Source of the DNA: the human T2T-CHM13v2.0 reference genome, Homo sapiens
Reading direction: 5' to 3' (one strand)
DNA length: 64,000 nucleotides
NCBI RefSeq assembly: GCF_009914755.1
Contig: NC_060928.1
The notes under the pieces were generated by a model. The model saw only the letters and a list, made by a program, of their open reading frames with translations. It made no database searches and was not told where the DNA came from. The translations under genes and the position numbers were made by a program. This document shows positions 28,569-42,899 of the stretch, in pieces. The number at the start of each line of letters is the position of its first letter. Within the stretch, counting starts at the first letter, position 1.

Positions 28569-30940
28569 ATATCACCATTGTAAAGCCTAAAATTGGTGCC
28601 TGAGATATTTTCCACACCCTGTACTCGATGAATTAGCTGGCACGACCCAGATCAATAGACTGGCTCATCTGGTCGTTTGGCCCTTACCCAGGAACTGACT
28701 CAGTGCAAGAAGGCAGCTTTGACTCCCTATGATTTCATCTCTGACCCGACTAATCAGCACTCCCCACTTTCTGACCCCTTACCTACCAAATTATCCTTAA
28801 AAACCCTGATCCCTGTGTTTTCCAGGAGTCTGATTTGAGTAATAGTAAAACTCCAGTCTCCCATACAGCCAGTTCTACATGAATTAAACTCTTTCTCTAT
28901 TGCAATTCGTCTGTCTTGATAAATGTGTCTAGGCAGCGGGCAAGAAGAACTCACTGGGCGATTACAATTTTAAGTCAACCATATCAATAATCATATTAAA
29001 TGTAAATGGTTTAAACACCCCAATTAAAAGGCAGAAATGGTCACATTGCATTTTTAAAAATGCAAAACCCAATTATATGATTGTTATAAGAAACCCACTT
29101 TAAAAATAAGAACACAGATAAGTTAAAATAATTGAAAAGTATGTACAAAACTACACTAGTCAAATATCATTAATAGGCGAACTGAAACTTCATCAAAGAA
29201 GCCTTTGTTATTTGTATGTATGAAAGCCTGATAACCTAGATGCTTCTTTTTTTAAGTTCTAGAACTACCTTTTAAGATGGTAGTTACACTGTCTTGCACA
29301 CTGTTTCCCCTGGGGGGGTGGTTAGAGAATGGAAGTTGAAACTGGGAGATGAAAATGTCTCTCTTTGTATTTTATTTCTTTTCTTTCTGTTCTTTTTTCT
29401 GTTGACTGAACAGTAAAAGAAAACAGCAACATAATCTTGAGCTCTTTTTGCTTGGTGCACCAGCCACATTATTGATCTTGTATCATAGTTTATATAAAGC
29501 AATGGTAGCTTCAGTGACTCCCAGCTTTCCTCCAAATAAATGGCTATTATGTATGAAGACCAATGCCTACAAGGTGAATTTAAGAGAAAATAATGTTTTA
29601 AGTTCATTCTGTTTTCTTTTCTGCTCCGTTTCTCTCATAAATAAATAATAGCTAACTCAATTAGATTGTTTCATTATGCTAGATTATTGAATATTACTTA
29701 GTTTACTCAAAGATTTTTGTCAAATTATGTTTTGAGGAAAGTTGGTTCTGTGCATGGATGAAGTGTCACTAAAAAAAGCTAAATGAGTACATATTCAAAA
29801 GCAGGACCTATGTTTCATTTAGCTACAGTTTATTTTCTTCCTATTTTGTGATCGAAGATTTATCATTTTTTCTAAAATTGGATAAGTAGGGAGTGAGGGC
29901 AAAGGTAAGAAATGAAATAGCAGAAGAAACTAGATGTGTTCTGGGTTAGAGCAAAGCTGGAGTGGAGGTATGAGATCCCTATGTGTCTGAATTTGTTTGA
30001 AGAGAAGTGGAGGTAGGACAAGGGAATGAATTCTAGAATCTTAACTTCAGATGCAAGCAACAAGAAATGGCAAAGGGAGAATGATTTGTCCATTACATGA
30101 ATTCATATTACTATTAGTTCTGGCCAGTGCAACCAGACAACAGAGCATGTTAAATTTGAGGGAAGGATTTGGAAGTAAAGTGCAAGAGGTGAATACATTT
30201 GAAAAGAAGATTAGACCAGTGAACTGCAGCTCCCAAATTAACCCCAAGAACATCAAAAGCATAATCTCTCTGGCACCCAGCATAGGCTAAAGAGCTTTAG
30301 TTTCTTTCTAGAACCAATTGGATTTGACCCAGCGATTTACCCATTTGACTCACAAGCTGAGAATAATATACTGCACAGGTAGCTCTCCTTTGTGAGCATT
30401 CAGACCAGCAGACTAAGAGAAGGAATACCAATAACAAGGGTACATTTTTTTAAAAAAGTTTAAAATAAACTTTTTATAAAATCTCCTTTGAAAACTCCAG
30501 ATGCATTACTAACATTATCCAGTACAGCTAACTCATATTTGCTATTCAAGGGCAACTTGTCAATTCTCAAAATAATTAGACAACAGTCAACACATAGGCC
30601 CTGTATTAGCAGAACGAAACATCACTGAATTATCTGAACACTTAAGACTAACATTTTGCAGCATCACAGAACTGATCCGTGTGTGAGTTGGGGAGGAGTG
30701 TTCATGATGAGAAGAAATTTTTCATTGTTTGAAATCCCACTGAATACGAGATTGCCATATTATTCTTATTCTCTGGTTGAAAATACACAGGAAGCCTAGA
30801 TGATAGGAGGCCAGTGTATCATATGAATCTGAGAAGATCTATATTCTTCCACAAACAAAATGTCAGCTTTGAATAAAAACAGAACTAACTCTCATGTCTT
30901 CATTTTGATCTTCAATGCTATATAATCTGCCATGTGGCAG

Positions 30941-31022
30941 GTCTCGACCCAGCATTGGAGCTGAAGGAAGTTAAGAATTATTGAAACATCTTGGCTCAAG
31001 CATTGCCTGTGGATGATCACAG
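30941..31022 (+). other. Candidate non-coding exon
   Basis: Acceptor ggcag| with a weak pyrimidine tract; consensus donor CAG|GTGAGT. Splice signals only, no transcript evidence. Confidence 0.35.
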
Positions 31023-32039
31023 GTGAGTAAGGGAAAAAGCCCACCCAGTTGTCAAATGAAACTAATTATCTGTTCTCTGGTTTTCTTAATTTTTTTAATT
31101 GTATTTGATTCTAATTTCTTACTATGATTCTGAAAGACTCGAATTATTGCGGCCTTTCCACAAATACATGCAAATACTCTCTACCTAGCTGTCAATACTT
31201 TGGTCTTGTAAGGGCCTCTTGGAAAGAAACCTGCTTAAACCTGAACATTCCTCCACCTTCTTCAATAAACACCATTCAGCTCCTCAAGAATTGAAAAGAA
31301 TGTATGAGAGAGTTTAGGACATTCAATTCCAAATTAAATTCATGCCTTCTCTAGTTATCAAAACAAACCATTTGAAACTTTTAAAATTAAGACTGTTTTC
31401 TTCCCAAGACATATTTCTTACAGCTCAGGTATTTTGTAAAATCCATCATTCCTGCCAACAATGTATTCACTTAAGGGGTATTCTGCACATGATTCAGAGA
31501 GAGATCAAATGTGCTGTGGAATTGGTAAATACTAATATTTGCTAAGTTGAAGGAACACCCAGAAGGCTGAAAAGTCAAGCCAAAGAGACATAAAAAATTA
31601 ATCCTCCATTGTCCTCTTGACAATTACCACAGTAGGAATCCTGTCTAAGTTTGCTTTTCCTAAATTCCATATTTCATGCTTCTCAATTTTCATATCTATT
31701 ATGGAACTGATACGAGGAAACATATACATTAAAGTCAAGGTGAATGAAAAAAAATTTTGAATCTTACTGTTGGTTGCATTAAAACTAAGAATATGATTTT
31801 CTGATTATGCAGTGTTTACACTTGACACCAGTCTGGGTAGAAATCTTCAAGGATAATCATGTTCAATTCATTAAATTAGGGGTGCTTAAAAGGCAGGAGT
31901 GGGAAGGTAAAAGTAGGATGTTCCATAGTTTAGATATGAGAAGAGATACCAGGGTGAGAAAGCACAGTAAAGAGAAAAGCAGTTTAGTAGGATAATAGCT
32001 ATAGTTTTTTGAGCATGCATTGACAACTTTATTTCCATC

Positions 32040-32820
32040 ATCTCTAAGCCTTATATCAACCCACAAGGCAAATATCATATTCCTCATTTTATAAATGAAA
32101 AACAGAGGCTCAGGTAATTTAAATAAGGACCAAAGTCAAATACTTGTGCCATTGTCATATTTAAACAAGAGCCTACGTAATAGCCCAAGTTTGTTTCAAT
32201 AAGCCAAGAGGAAGGAGCTCTGAAGGCCTCAAGTGACATTTATAGAGATTAGCTAGATAAAGGAAAGCCATTGGAGGTTTTAATGAAGGAGTGCTAACAC
32301 AGGATCTGTGTTCGCATAAGAGTCCTCTGGTAGTGAAAAGTGACTGAAAGGAAGCGAAGTTACAAAAATCTCTCCAAGAGCAGGAAGGTAGGAGGGCCTA
32401 GGTAGGGCCATGAGCACATATATGACAAGGCAAGGGCAGATGGGGTGTAAGACAGACACGGATGGAGGCAACAGAGTTGGGAAATGCATTCATCAGAAAT
32501 CGTCTTTGCAGATCTGGCTCCCGCCACTTGTGGCTGAGATATGTCGGATCCTTCTCTCAGCCTAATGTAGATCTGCAAACTAAGGCAGATTCCTCAACAT
32601 TCCTTCAGAATAACAATAGCAGCTGTTACTTAAGTGGTTACTCTATGTTACAGCTGTGATACAGTAAATGTATTATATAAGTTAGTCTTCATAGCTAGAG
32701 ATAAGTATAGTTATCAACCCATTTAATGATAAAGAAACTGAGGCTCCCAGTTAAATCATTGACTCCAGCTCTGTACTATATCAAAACCTGTGTGTTAATC
32801 ACTGAGCTGTGCTACCTTTC
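32040..32820. mobile_element. Cluster of MIR and L2 fragments
   Basis: MIR cores 'cattttataaatgaaaaacagaggctcag' and 'aagaaactgaggctc'; L2-like 'aagccattggaggttttaa'. Confidence 0.6.
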
Positions 32821-33719
32821 CTGAAATTGATCCAGATTAATTCCTTCCCTCCTTCCTTTTTCCTTCCTTCTTTTTCTTACTTTGAGCACCTCGTACTCAG
32901 CCCCAATATTTGTCAAATGCAAGAATGTATCTTTAACCCATGTGATGTGAAGAATTATAGGGAAAAAAACAAATAGTTATTCTGGATGATCCAAACACAT
33001 ACAGTTTTATGCCATGAACACATTCTCCCAAAGTAATACTTTTTTAGATTATGAGGTGAAATAAGTGGTGAGATATGTACAGAAAAATCATATGAGGGCA
33101 CCACCTTTTTACCAAGCTGGTAGGTTGTGGCTTGGCTGGCAGCCTTTTTCTCATTTGATGTTATTGTCTGAGTATTGTTGATAGATCTTGGATAGTAAAT
33201 CTGTTGAGGGCAGGAAGGAAGAAGAAAAAGAAAGAGAAAAAAGCATGGTCCTTTTTCCCAAGACATTCACAATGGCCTCAAGAAGAAAGATAGGGAGACA
33301 TGATGAGGATGCAATATGAGATGGGTGATAGCCAAGGCAGCATACAGTACTGAGAGAGCTCAACGGAAGGCATGGAACTCAGGATCACCTACATCACTGA
33401 GTTTGCCAGTGACCTTCTCAGAACGTGACACACAGAGCAAATGCAGCATTCCAACATGGTGGGCAAGAGTCCCTTGAAATGGACAACTCTGTAGCCTATA
33501 TTTTCTTATCTGTTGTAACTGAGCTTTGAAGTTTTAACAGGCGTTGAGCAGGCAGAAATGGCCGGGTGAGGGGTAGGATTGCTAGTGAAGAAACAATATG
33601 GGCAAAGCTCCAGCTAATCTCAGCATCCTTGCTCTGCACCGAAGTTTAGCTTCAGGGAAGTTTACCTCCAGTGCCACCACCTCTTCAGCTCTCATGCACT
33701 CTCAACTCTCTGAGGATAC

Positions 33720-34900
33720 TTATGCCCTGAGCACACCAATCAATCTGTTCTCAGTGCAGCCCCAATGACCTCTAAGTTGTCAAATTCTATGGCATATTTC
33801 TATCCTTGTATTTCTTGTATCTCTAGCACATTCTGTCTTGAAATCTGCTTCCCTTTTCTTTGGCTACCCCTTAGTCACCTTTGCAGAGACTCCTGTTGCT
33901 ACTTTGTGTGTATCATGTCAATGTTGGTGTTCCTAATACCTCTATCCATACCCCTTCTTCTCTGACTTCCAGATGCCATCCCAGGCTGACCTACACAGAA
34001 CTGCCTCCAAACTTGGAGCTGCATCGCAGGCCTCTCCTAAAGTTCCAGACTTATATATCCAATTGCCAGTTGGCCATCGCTGGAGATCTTCTTGAGAAAC
34101 CTCAAAGTAAACATGTTCCTCAAACCTGCTGCTCCTCTTAAATTTCCTGTCTCGTCACATTGTTATCCACCAAGTCACACTGGTTAAAATTCTGGGAATC
34201 AGACGAGACTCCTTCTTCTTCTCTCCACCCCAAAGTTCTGTGGATGCTAATTCCTTCATAACTCTAAAATAGGTATCTACCTTTCCATCTTTACTGCCAC
34301 CCCTGAGATCAGGCCCGTATAACTTTTCATCTGGACAAACGCTCCAGTCATTTCCTGGTCACTTTGATTCATCATTTCCAATCTGTCATCCAAATAGAAG
34401 CCAGAATGATTGGTCTAAATTACATTATTCATCATGTCAACTGCTGAAAACCCTTTATTGCCTCTCCAAGCTCTCAGGATGAAGTCACACTCCTTCGTTT
34501 GTCCAGTAGTGACCACAGTCTACTTCTAGCCTTAGCTCATGCCATTCTCACATGCAACCCACACCCCAGCAACACCAAACTACTTCCTACTCCCAATTGC
34601 ACCAACTGGATCTTTTTTGCCACTGTGTTTTCCCATATGTTTTCCCCTCCACATGGAGACCATTTCTCTCCTGTCTCCACCTGGTTCATTACTACAGGCT
34701 GTCAATAATGTACCCAAAGGTTAAACTCTTCCCCATGCTGTCCTCTCCCAGTGGGCCTGTGTACGCCTGCTTGTCGGCCTCCCTGAACAGTCTCCTTTGT
34801 TAGCCAACAGACAAAATGCATTATTAATTAATGCCTAGCACAGTCACTAGCACTTACCAGCACTCCATAAATGCTTGCTGAGATAATGAATGAATAAATA
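33720..34900 (+). mobile_element. L2 LINE 3' fragment
   Basis: ccaatgacctctaagttgtcaaattctatgg (L2 RT region) and the 3' end gcctagcacagt...aatgaatgaataaat. Confidence 0.75.
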
Positions 34901-37900
34901 CACCCCTCTTCATGGATACAGCTTGCAGAATCTTGCTTTCCCTTGCTTGTAGCCCACTGGAATGTATGTAATCTTTGTATAAAAATGTGCTGAGAACGAA
35001 CCATAATATTTTAAAGATAGTCCAACCAGTGGCATTAGCTGACCCTTTGTGGGTCAATATTTAGAAGCCAAAAAGGCTGATGTACATTTAACTTTATGCC
35101 AGCTTTTCTTTGATTTGGTTTGGGGGATTTTTTTTCTGTTTGTTTGGGGGATTTCGTTGTAATGACATTATATATAGCAATTTTTTCACTCTTCTATTCA
35201 TTTGCCTTTTTTCTAAGTTCAATACATTCATTTTGCTTCATGAGTAAATCTTATTATTTTAATTCCATAGTTCTATTTTTACAACACCATTTTGAATTCT
35301 GAATCTGTCATTCAGTATGTTATTACTAATCTCGGTTTAAGACATTTGCTTATTAGGTAAGTGATATAGATCTCCCTCCCCAAGTTGTGAAGAAAAGAAT
35401 AAAAAACTTGGAACAGAAACTTGAAACCTGCCACTAAATCATTGCCTCTAGATTAACTAATTTACTAATCCTCATTCTCGTTGTAAAATTATTTAATTAG
35501 AGGTTACAGCCTACTCTCAGTATTCTTGATGAGGCATCCTGAAAAACTCTACAACATGATTTGCCTGTATCATTTAACTTTTATCTGAGTCTATTAATGC
35601 CATCAAATGGCATTTGAGGTTAGTTTAACATGACTTGTTTTTGCTTCCACGTGTTCATTACCCTGCTTCATCTCTAAAACTATTTATCAACAAACATCAA
35701 GTTCACATGTTGACACATTCAGGACCCACATCTTTCCACTTTCTAAAACTTTCCACTTTCTAAAAATGTGCTAAAAACTAGCACATTTTCCATCTCTTGG
35801 CGTCTGTCCTGATAGGTCGCCAAGTGTGTTTTACAATCCCTTCTTCAAGAAATCACAGTATTGTGGGATGTCATTCCTCCAGGCCAGAAACCTTAAAACT
35901 CATTAACACAAACAGAGGTTCTCTGAGTCTTCAGTTTCCTCTTTACCAGCATTTTCCTACCCTTCCCTGTTTCAAAACTAATTTCCTTGATAGAAAAAGC
36001 TTGACTGACCTGACCACATTGTCCTTGCAAAGGACCAGGCAAAGCAGAAGTCTGTTAGCGGGTGCATCCAGATTAACTAAACATTTTGGATCCTGCTGCA
36101 GCAACTTTCTCATTTGGACCTGTTCTATAAACTTAGAATTGTTCTATGTCCTTCTGAACTTCAGCTTCGCTAACACTACATTTGCAGATGCTCAGCATTC
36201 TTTTCCTTTAGGTCCTTGGTTAATTAACCCTCCTTTCATCTTTTGTCCTGTCCCTTTGGAAAAAAAAAAAAAAGGAACCACCTTATACTCCCTTCCAGTT
36301 CTGTCAGTCTATATTTCTAAGACTCCAGCAGATTTCATTCATACTTTTTGCTAAACCTAAAATGGTATATTAACAAACATGTACCAAGCACCTTCCTCTA
36401 CCAGTTTTCCCAACTACTACAAATTTCACTTCCTGCAAGTATTAGCACATGCTGAAAATCTGCTCTGACGTAAGCACTGCAGAATTTCTCACCCTGCTCA
36501 AGCAGGTGCCTGACCTGAGAATCTGGAGAAAATCATGTTCTAAACAACTTGTTCTAGGTCGTTTCCTTCATCTAAACTTAGAGCCCCTCCTTGACCCTGA
36601 ACTGTACTTCATATCCTATAAACTCTCTGTATCTTCACTGTTACAAAGCATTGTGTACATCTGATCTTGAGACAGAAAAGTACAAGTTTATTCTGATGTT
36701 CACAGTATAGTAAAAGGAGTTTTCTTAATCCCCCAACGTACAGATTTTCCCTTGTATCCCAGATGTCATTTAGGGCCACATAGCCTCATAGACAAGCATA
36801 AAAAAGAATCAACCAGGCTTAAGCCTTTGTAACTTCTCCAGAGGAAATTCCAGTGCCCTCCCCATGATAGCTGCATATTCTCAGGGCGTGTACATTTAAT
36901 AGCAACCTTTGGCTCCAAGTTTTTAATTTTGTCGCGTTCAATATACTGGTGAGGTGGTCATCACCTCACCAATATAGACCATGGTTAATTTTTTTCTCAG
37001 TTTCCACTGAAAACAAAAAATATCCCCATAAGATAGCCCTGTGGAACAGCTGCCACCTCCTTGCTTCCAGCCCCAGGATGAAGCCATCTGAGAAGACAGG
37101 GAAAGCAATCTGGAGCCTGAGGTACTGTTCCTGGGACCTGCCCTGCCTCTAGATCCCTTACTTGGTGCCTCGTAGTGAGAGATTATGTCTTCTCACGAGG
37201 CCGACCAATTTGCTTCAGCTATAACTGGGATGCATACACACTGCAACTCCTCTTTATCTCCGTTGCAAACTGCCTATATCCCATGCGTATCCCACTCTGT
37301 AACACAGGCACAATACGATTTGCCCATTTTAACATTCCAATATAGAATTTAATACCGATCCTTCAGAGTTAGAATTTCGGACTGGTCTTCAGCTGCCCAT
37401 TTACAGATTATCTCTTTCAGTTCAACTGCTTCTATAAATGACTGATCGTATTCATTACATGTTCTGCTTGTTTTTTTGTTTTTGCTTTTGTGGTTTTTTT
37501 TCCTAGCTTCCTTCTCAGAAGGTAACTTTAACTTCAGTCTTGAAGGTACCACGCAGTTACCTCCATTTACTACCCACAAGGGGCTGAACTAAATGTTCCT
37601 GAAGGTCCTTTCCAGCAGTAAAATTTATGACTCTATATAAGAACCAGTTTCACTATCTGCCAGAGATTACACATAAATGCTTTTCTTTTATCTGAGCTTA
37701 TGTCAGGTGGGTCATCCTCTAAATCTAAAAGCAAAACCATTTTATTTAGGCTCCTTTTAGAACAAACAGAACAAAAACAAAACAAGTCGCTGGAATATAA
37801 CTTTTGTTTTTTGGTTTTTTGGTTTTTGTTATTCTTTTTTCTTTGCTGTAAGAATGGAGAAAGGGAGTCTTTGTGTCCTTAAATCGATCATTTTTACTGT

Positions 37901-39949
37901 TGGAAACATTACTTGATATGATTTATTTCATTACAAAATAGATTCTAATAAGCATTCAGAGTAACACATGATGGTTAACATTAACAGCGAAATAATGAAA
38001 TCTCAACTGAGTGAGACCTTGGTTAGTACAGCTAACGCCAAAACCTTGTATCTTTTATTGGGCCTGAATCCCACTGGTAAAATAAATCAATAATGTAACA
38101 CCTGGTCCTGCACTGAAGGAAATTTGGAAATATCTTGTTCCACACCTAGAAAAACCTTGCAGCTGCAGAACAGAGCAGCACTGTGCATGTTCTTTTAAGG
38201 ATATGACTTTTTTAGTTAAGGGGAGGAAAAAGCACAGGTAGTATGTGTCTCCCTTGTTTCTAACTGTCACTGAGGCAGAGGCCACCGCACCGCTGAGGCT
38301 GATGCCGGCTGACAGTGGCAGCATATTGCTTGCTGGATGTGATGATACAATTCAGGGAGAATCTCTGCAGCCCTCATTATCTGCTGCTGTACTCGCTCGA
38401 TGCCGCCTCTGCTCGCTTCAGTAGGTGGGGGGATTATTAAATATAATTCTACTAATTATGGCTTGATAGAAAAGTTGGACAGGTTCAGAATCAGTGCCCC
38501 AAAGGAAGAACAACATGAGGTAAAGATTGGAGGGCTTTTATGGTGGTACTTGAAGATAATTATAGGTATAGAAACCAATTCCAGAGAGAAAAAAATTCAG
38601 CCAAGCCCAGACTGTTTTCATAATACAGCATAGCTCCCTTTTAATGTGAAACATTAATTGATTTTCCCTGAGGGGTCAAAATTCTTGCAATGTCAGTCTT
38701 CTGGACTGAGCCTCAGGCCTACGGCACCAAGCAGCAAGTGGGAACTTAAAGAAGCCTCAGGGATCTGTTGCAACTTCCCAACCTTTTGCCAAGGCAGCTA
38801 GGCTGTGGCATACCTTATTTTGGGTTCCCCAGAGAGCAGATAGACGGTCAAAATTTCAGAACCTTCAGTATATACTGCATTTTATAAAAATAATGTTACT
38901 GTAAATTGATTCATAGAACCAAAAGTAGATATTGTGAATGATACTGACTCATTATTATGCTTTGGTACATTTAAGGTGCAATTCAATTAATATCAAAGAA
39001 TTTAATCTTTCTCTTTAAAATATCATGACCCAGAATAATTACTCTGATAAGCCTACTGAGGCAGAATCACTTTAATTCTACAAAAAGGATTACAAGTACA
39101 CTTTAGATGGCCTTTTTAATGGGGTGGAATTGGGCAATAAAATCTCCAAGAGAGCATTTGCCATTGGTTGGCAATGATAGACTCTAGGTTTTTATTTTAC
39201 AGTCTAAGATTTCTCTGACTTTCCTAGATGCAGAGAAATCCAGGCCACCCTGGTTACAGGTGGCCATTATCTGGATGCATCCTTGTAAAAAACACATCCT
39301 AAAGATAGCAGTGAAGCAGTCACTCAAATCTGTGGCAACCTAGCAGAAGAACATGAATCCAGGCAGAAGACTATATATAGATATATGAGGCATACGAATA
39401 ATTCAGTGTTTTGTAAAATGTGGCACCTGTATTCATGATAACCTTAACTGGTGCGGGAGATGGTTTTTGATATAAAATAGATGTAAGACATAAACTTTAA
39501 TACCAATGAATCACTGTATGAGAAAGTTATTCTCTGTTCAGTCTATCAACCTACCTTATAAGACCAAAAAAAATCTGTTTGGTGTTTCTCTGTAATATAA
39601 GTCTCTAAAATTTGCTAATCTCTCATTTTATTAGAAAGATAGCAGTCATCAAGTATCAACCTGTAATTAAATAATATTGCTTTGTCTTCACTGTATGAAC
39701 TTTCACCATAACCTTTCATTTATGAAATCTACAACTGTTTTTCTATATATGACAGCAATATAAAGTTTCCTCTTAAATATATTAAATTTGGGGGAGAAGT
39801 AGGTTTAATTCTAGGGAAAAAAACTGTTAAGTGTAAAACAATACAGGAAGCACATGGATCTGGCAAAAATAGTGAAAGTAGAAGTGTGGGAAGCACCACA
39901 ATGCCTAGAAATTGGGAGCAAGATTTTACCATCTCCCCACTCCTGCCAC

Positions 39950-40140
39950 AGAGGCTGGATAAATGTTGCAGAGGCTGCCCTGTGCATTATAGCACAAATA
40001 TAAGGATGTTTATCGGCATCCTTGGCCTCTACCCATTAGATGCCTAAAGCACCTTTCTCCCCATGTTGTGACACAAAAAATGTCTCCAGGCTTTTCCAAA
40101 TGCTCCCTGGGGGAGCAGAATCACTCTGGTTTGAAAATAA
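39950..40140. mobile_element. MER20 hAT element
   Basis: ggctgccctgtgcatt...ggcctctacccattagatgcc...aaaatgtctccag...ccctgggggagc. Confidence 0.8.
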
Positions 40141-42009
40141 CTAATTTAAAGCAATATGGTATCTGAGTAAATGTTTCATTTAGGAGGCAGATAGGGAATA
40201 GCGTTGGGCTTCATGGAAGTGACAATGTGAAGAATTCCAGGAGTGAAAGCCATCAATCACAGCAAAATAATACATGAAGTCAGAGAATGTTGGGTAGATA
40301 CATTTTAATAAAGGAAGAGATTTCCGTTGAGGGTTTCTCCCATCCACTGGTTTATTCAAATATATTAAGATCAACTATACTACCTCTAATAAAGGATTCT
40401 AGGTATGGATCCCAAAAATGAGGTCACTAAGGCTGTTTGCCTTTGCAATTCATTTCTGTATCCAACCAGAGAGTAGAATGTTTTTGTGAATCTTCAGGGA
40501 AAAAAATGCCACAAGATCTAGCTTGCCAATCTGGCCTGACTCAGTAGGCTGAACTGGCCTGGCTTTTTTATGAGGTGTTTGGCAGACTGAGTATTTAATT
40601 TCATTCTTTTATTTTATGTTTTGGGTGTACATGGCCAGAGGCCTTTGGACAATTGCCTCTTTTTTAATAAAGCTAATAAATGCCCAAAGGAAATTTACCT
40701 ATATCTAAACTGACATAACAAAGCTGACACATTAGAGGGGTCAGGCATGAGAGATTCCAGCAATTTATATAAATGGAGGAAGCTGGCATAAATTTGGACT
40801 GTCTGGAGTTATTACTCAGTCATTGGCAGCCTTCCAGGCTGTTCATAATTTTAAATAAATTCTGATCTTGGTGATGTATACTTATTGATCAAGTTTTCAG
40901 AAAGTCATCACTATGTACTCTTTGACTACATATTGATCTGAAATCTCTATAGTTCCTGAGAGAGGTCTGGCATTACATTAGCTATTATCTGTACCACAAT
41001 TTATCCTTCTATTTGAATCAAGCCTGTGGATAAGTGACTCATTCTGTTCCACTTACTATGGAAAGAGACCTGGATAGCTACTGAAAAACAAGATTCTTGG
41101 GTCCTATATCTCAATTCATCACTAATTTTCTTTAGACGTTTCATTTCTCAAACTCTATTTCTCCTAAAGATTAAAAAAGTAAATGGTGTCATCTACGGAA
41201 AAGAAATCCTAGGTTTATATTTTTCAAATTCCTGTTCTAAAAATATGTTGTCTTCTTATACAAAGACACTGCTGTAGACTTATCATCTGCGATTTGGAGT
41301 TTTTTCTCACATGGCAAGCAGTGGATAGTAGGTTTTAATGACAATCTAACTCAACTTCCCTTGTAAATAATGGGCCACGTTTCTAAAATGGCTGGCTGGA
41401 ACAAGAGGAGTAGCCAGGGGCCAGAAAACAGCTCTTCCACATATAAAGCTAAGTGACTTAAAGAGATATGTAATTGTTCATTAATTCAACACTTATTGAA
41501 TGCATACTCTCTACAGAGTCCTGTATTACATGCTAAAATTTGCAACAGTGAATAATAAACTGCTCCTACCCTTGTTTACCCCAGGTACTAGGAAACTGCT
41601 CAGCAGCTAAAAAGATTCTCATACCTAAAAAGATTCTCAAGCTAGGTTTTCTACATATATGCAAATAATATGCAAGACATATGATTATTATCCTACGACA
41701 CTTAGGATATTTCATCTGGTAGTGCTGTCTTAGGAACTGAGCTTCCACTGAGCGAAATACTCAACTTTTGTGGTAGAAATAGTACATGATGCTATCTCTT
41801 CCCTCCATATTTATTCAGATTTTATGTGTGTATTAGGTGTTCTAGAAATTCATGCTTTATAAGTTGGACCCCAACTAGCTGGTGCTTAAAAATACTTTAT
41901 TTATTCCCAATTGATTGTTTTTCTATCTTTCAAAATGAGTTTTCCAAGTATTCCCCACCCCCCCAACCTTTTTTTTTTTTTTTCACATTTCTAACCCTCC
42001 TGATTTTTC

Positions 42010-42322
42010 TTTTTTTTTTTTTTTTTTTTTTTTTTTGGAGACAATATCTCACTCCGTCACCCAGGCTGGAGTGCAGTGAGTGGCGCAATCAAGGATCACT
42101 GCAGCCTTGACCTCCAGGGCTCAAGCGATCCTCCCACCTCAGCCTCTCGAGTAGCTGGGACTACAAGCGTGCATCAACACACCTGGCTAATTTTTGTATC
42201 TTTTGTAGAGATGGGGTTTTGCCATGCTGCCCAGGCTGGTCTTGAACTCCTGGGCTCAAGCAAGCTACCAACCTCAGCCTCCCAAAGTGCTGGGATTACA
42301 GGCATGAGCCACCACACCAGGC
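42010..42322 (-). mobile_element. AluJ
   Basis: Antisense J-type Alu; TSD accctcctgatttt on both sides. Confidence 0.93.
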
Positions 42323-42899
42323 ACCCTCCTGATTTTTAGCCAAGAACGTTGTCCCTAATTCATGGAAATAATTAACAGATTTTCTCACCTTCCAGCCCCT
42401 TCTCTTCAAGATGTCCCCATTCCTTCATCCCTCATTTTTTTCTTCTCATTTGACTTAAATGAAATGGTGGTCCTTCTCCTCCAGCAAATCCTGAACTGCA
42501 TATCACTATCCTCGCCCTTCCAGGTTCACCCAGGATAATGCACCATCACTCAGCCCATTATTCTTTTCCATATTCTGTTTCTGTGGGAGCCTCTTCTTTT
42601 GCTTGTTATTGCCCTATTTCTTTACAAAATGGAAGTAACCCCTTAGCCCAACAGTTCAATTCCTGGGAACACATCTTAGAGCAACCTTCACACAATACAT
42701 AGGCCCATAATCCAAATCTTCTCCAGGATTTCTCCCTGCAAATAGTCCTAAAGACTCAGATGTTGTCTCTGAGGAATTTTAATCACCCTCATTTTAGACT
42801 TGATGATATGTGTGTTCTTACATCCAGGATGTATTACTTTTTTAAGAAAAACAATAGGATGTCTTTGAATGCCAATAACTTTTCACTATATCCAATTAC

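Noticed and set aside
35732-35765. 17-bp tandem duplication, also an 18-bp-period repeat at 41607-41639
   Set aside because: Real, but ordinary slippage duplications with no sign of function.
35797-36354. 185-aa ORF
   Set aside because: TTG start, runs through a poly-A tract, and shows no domain or coding-like composition.
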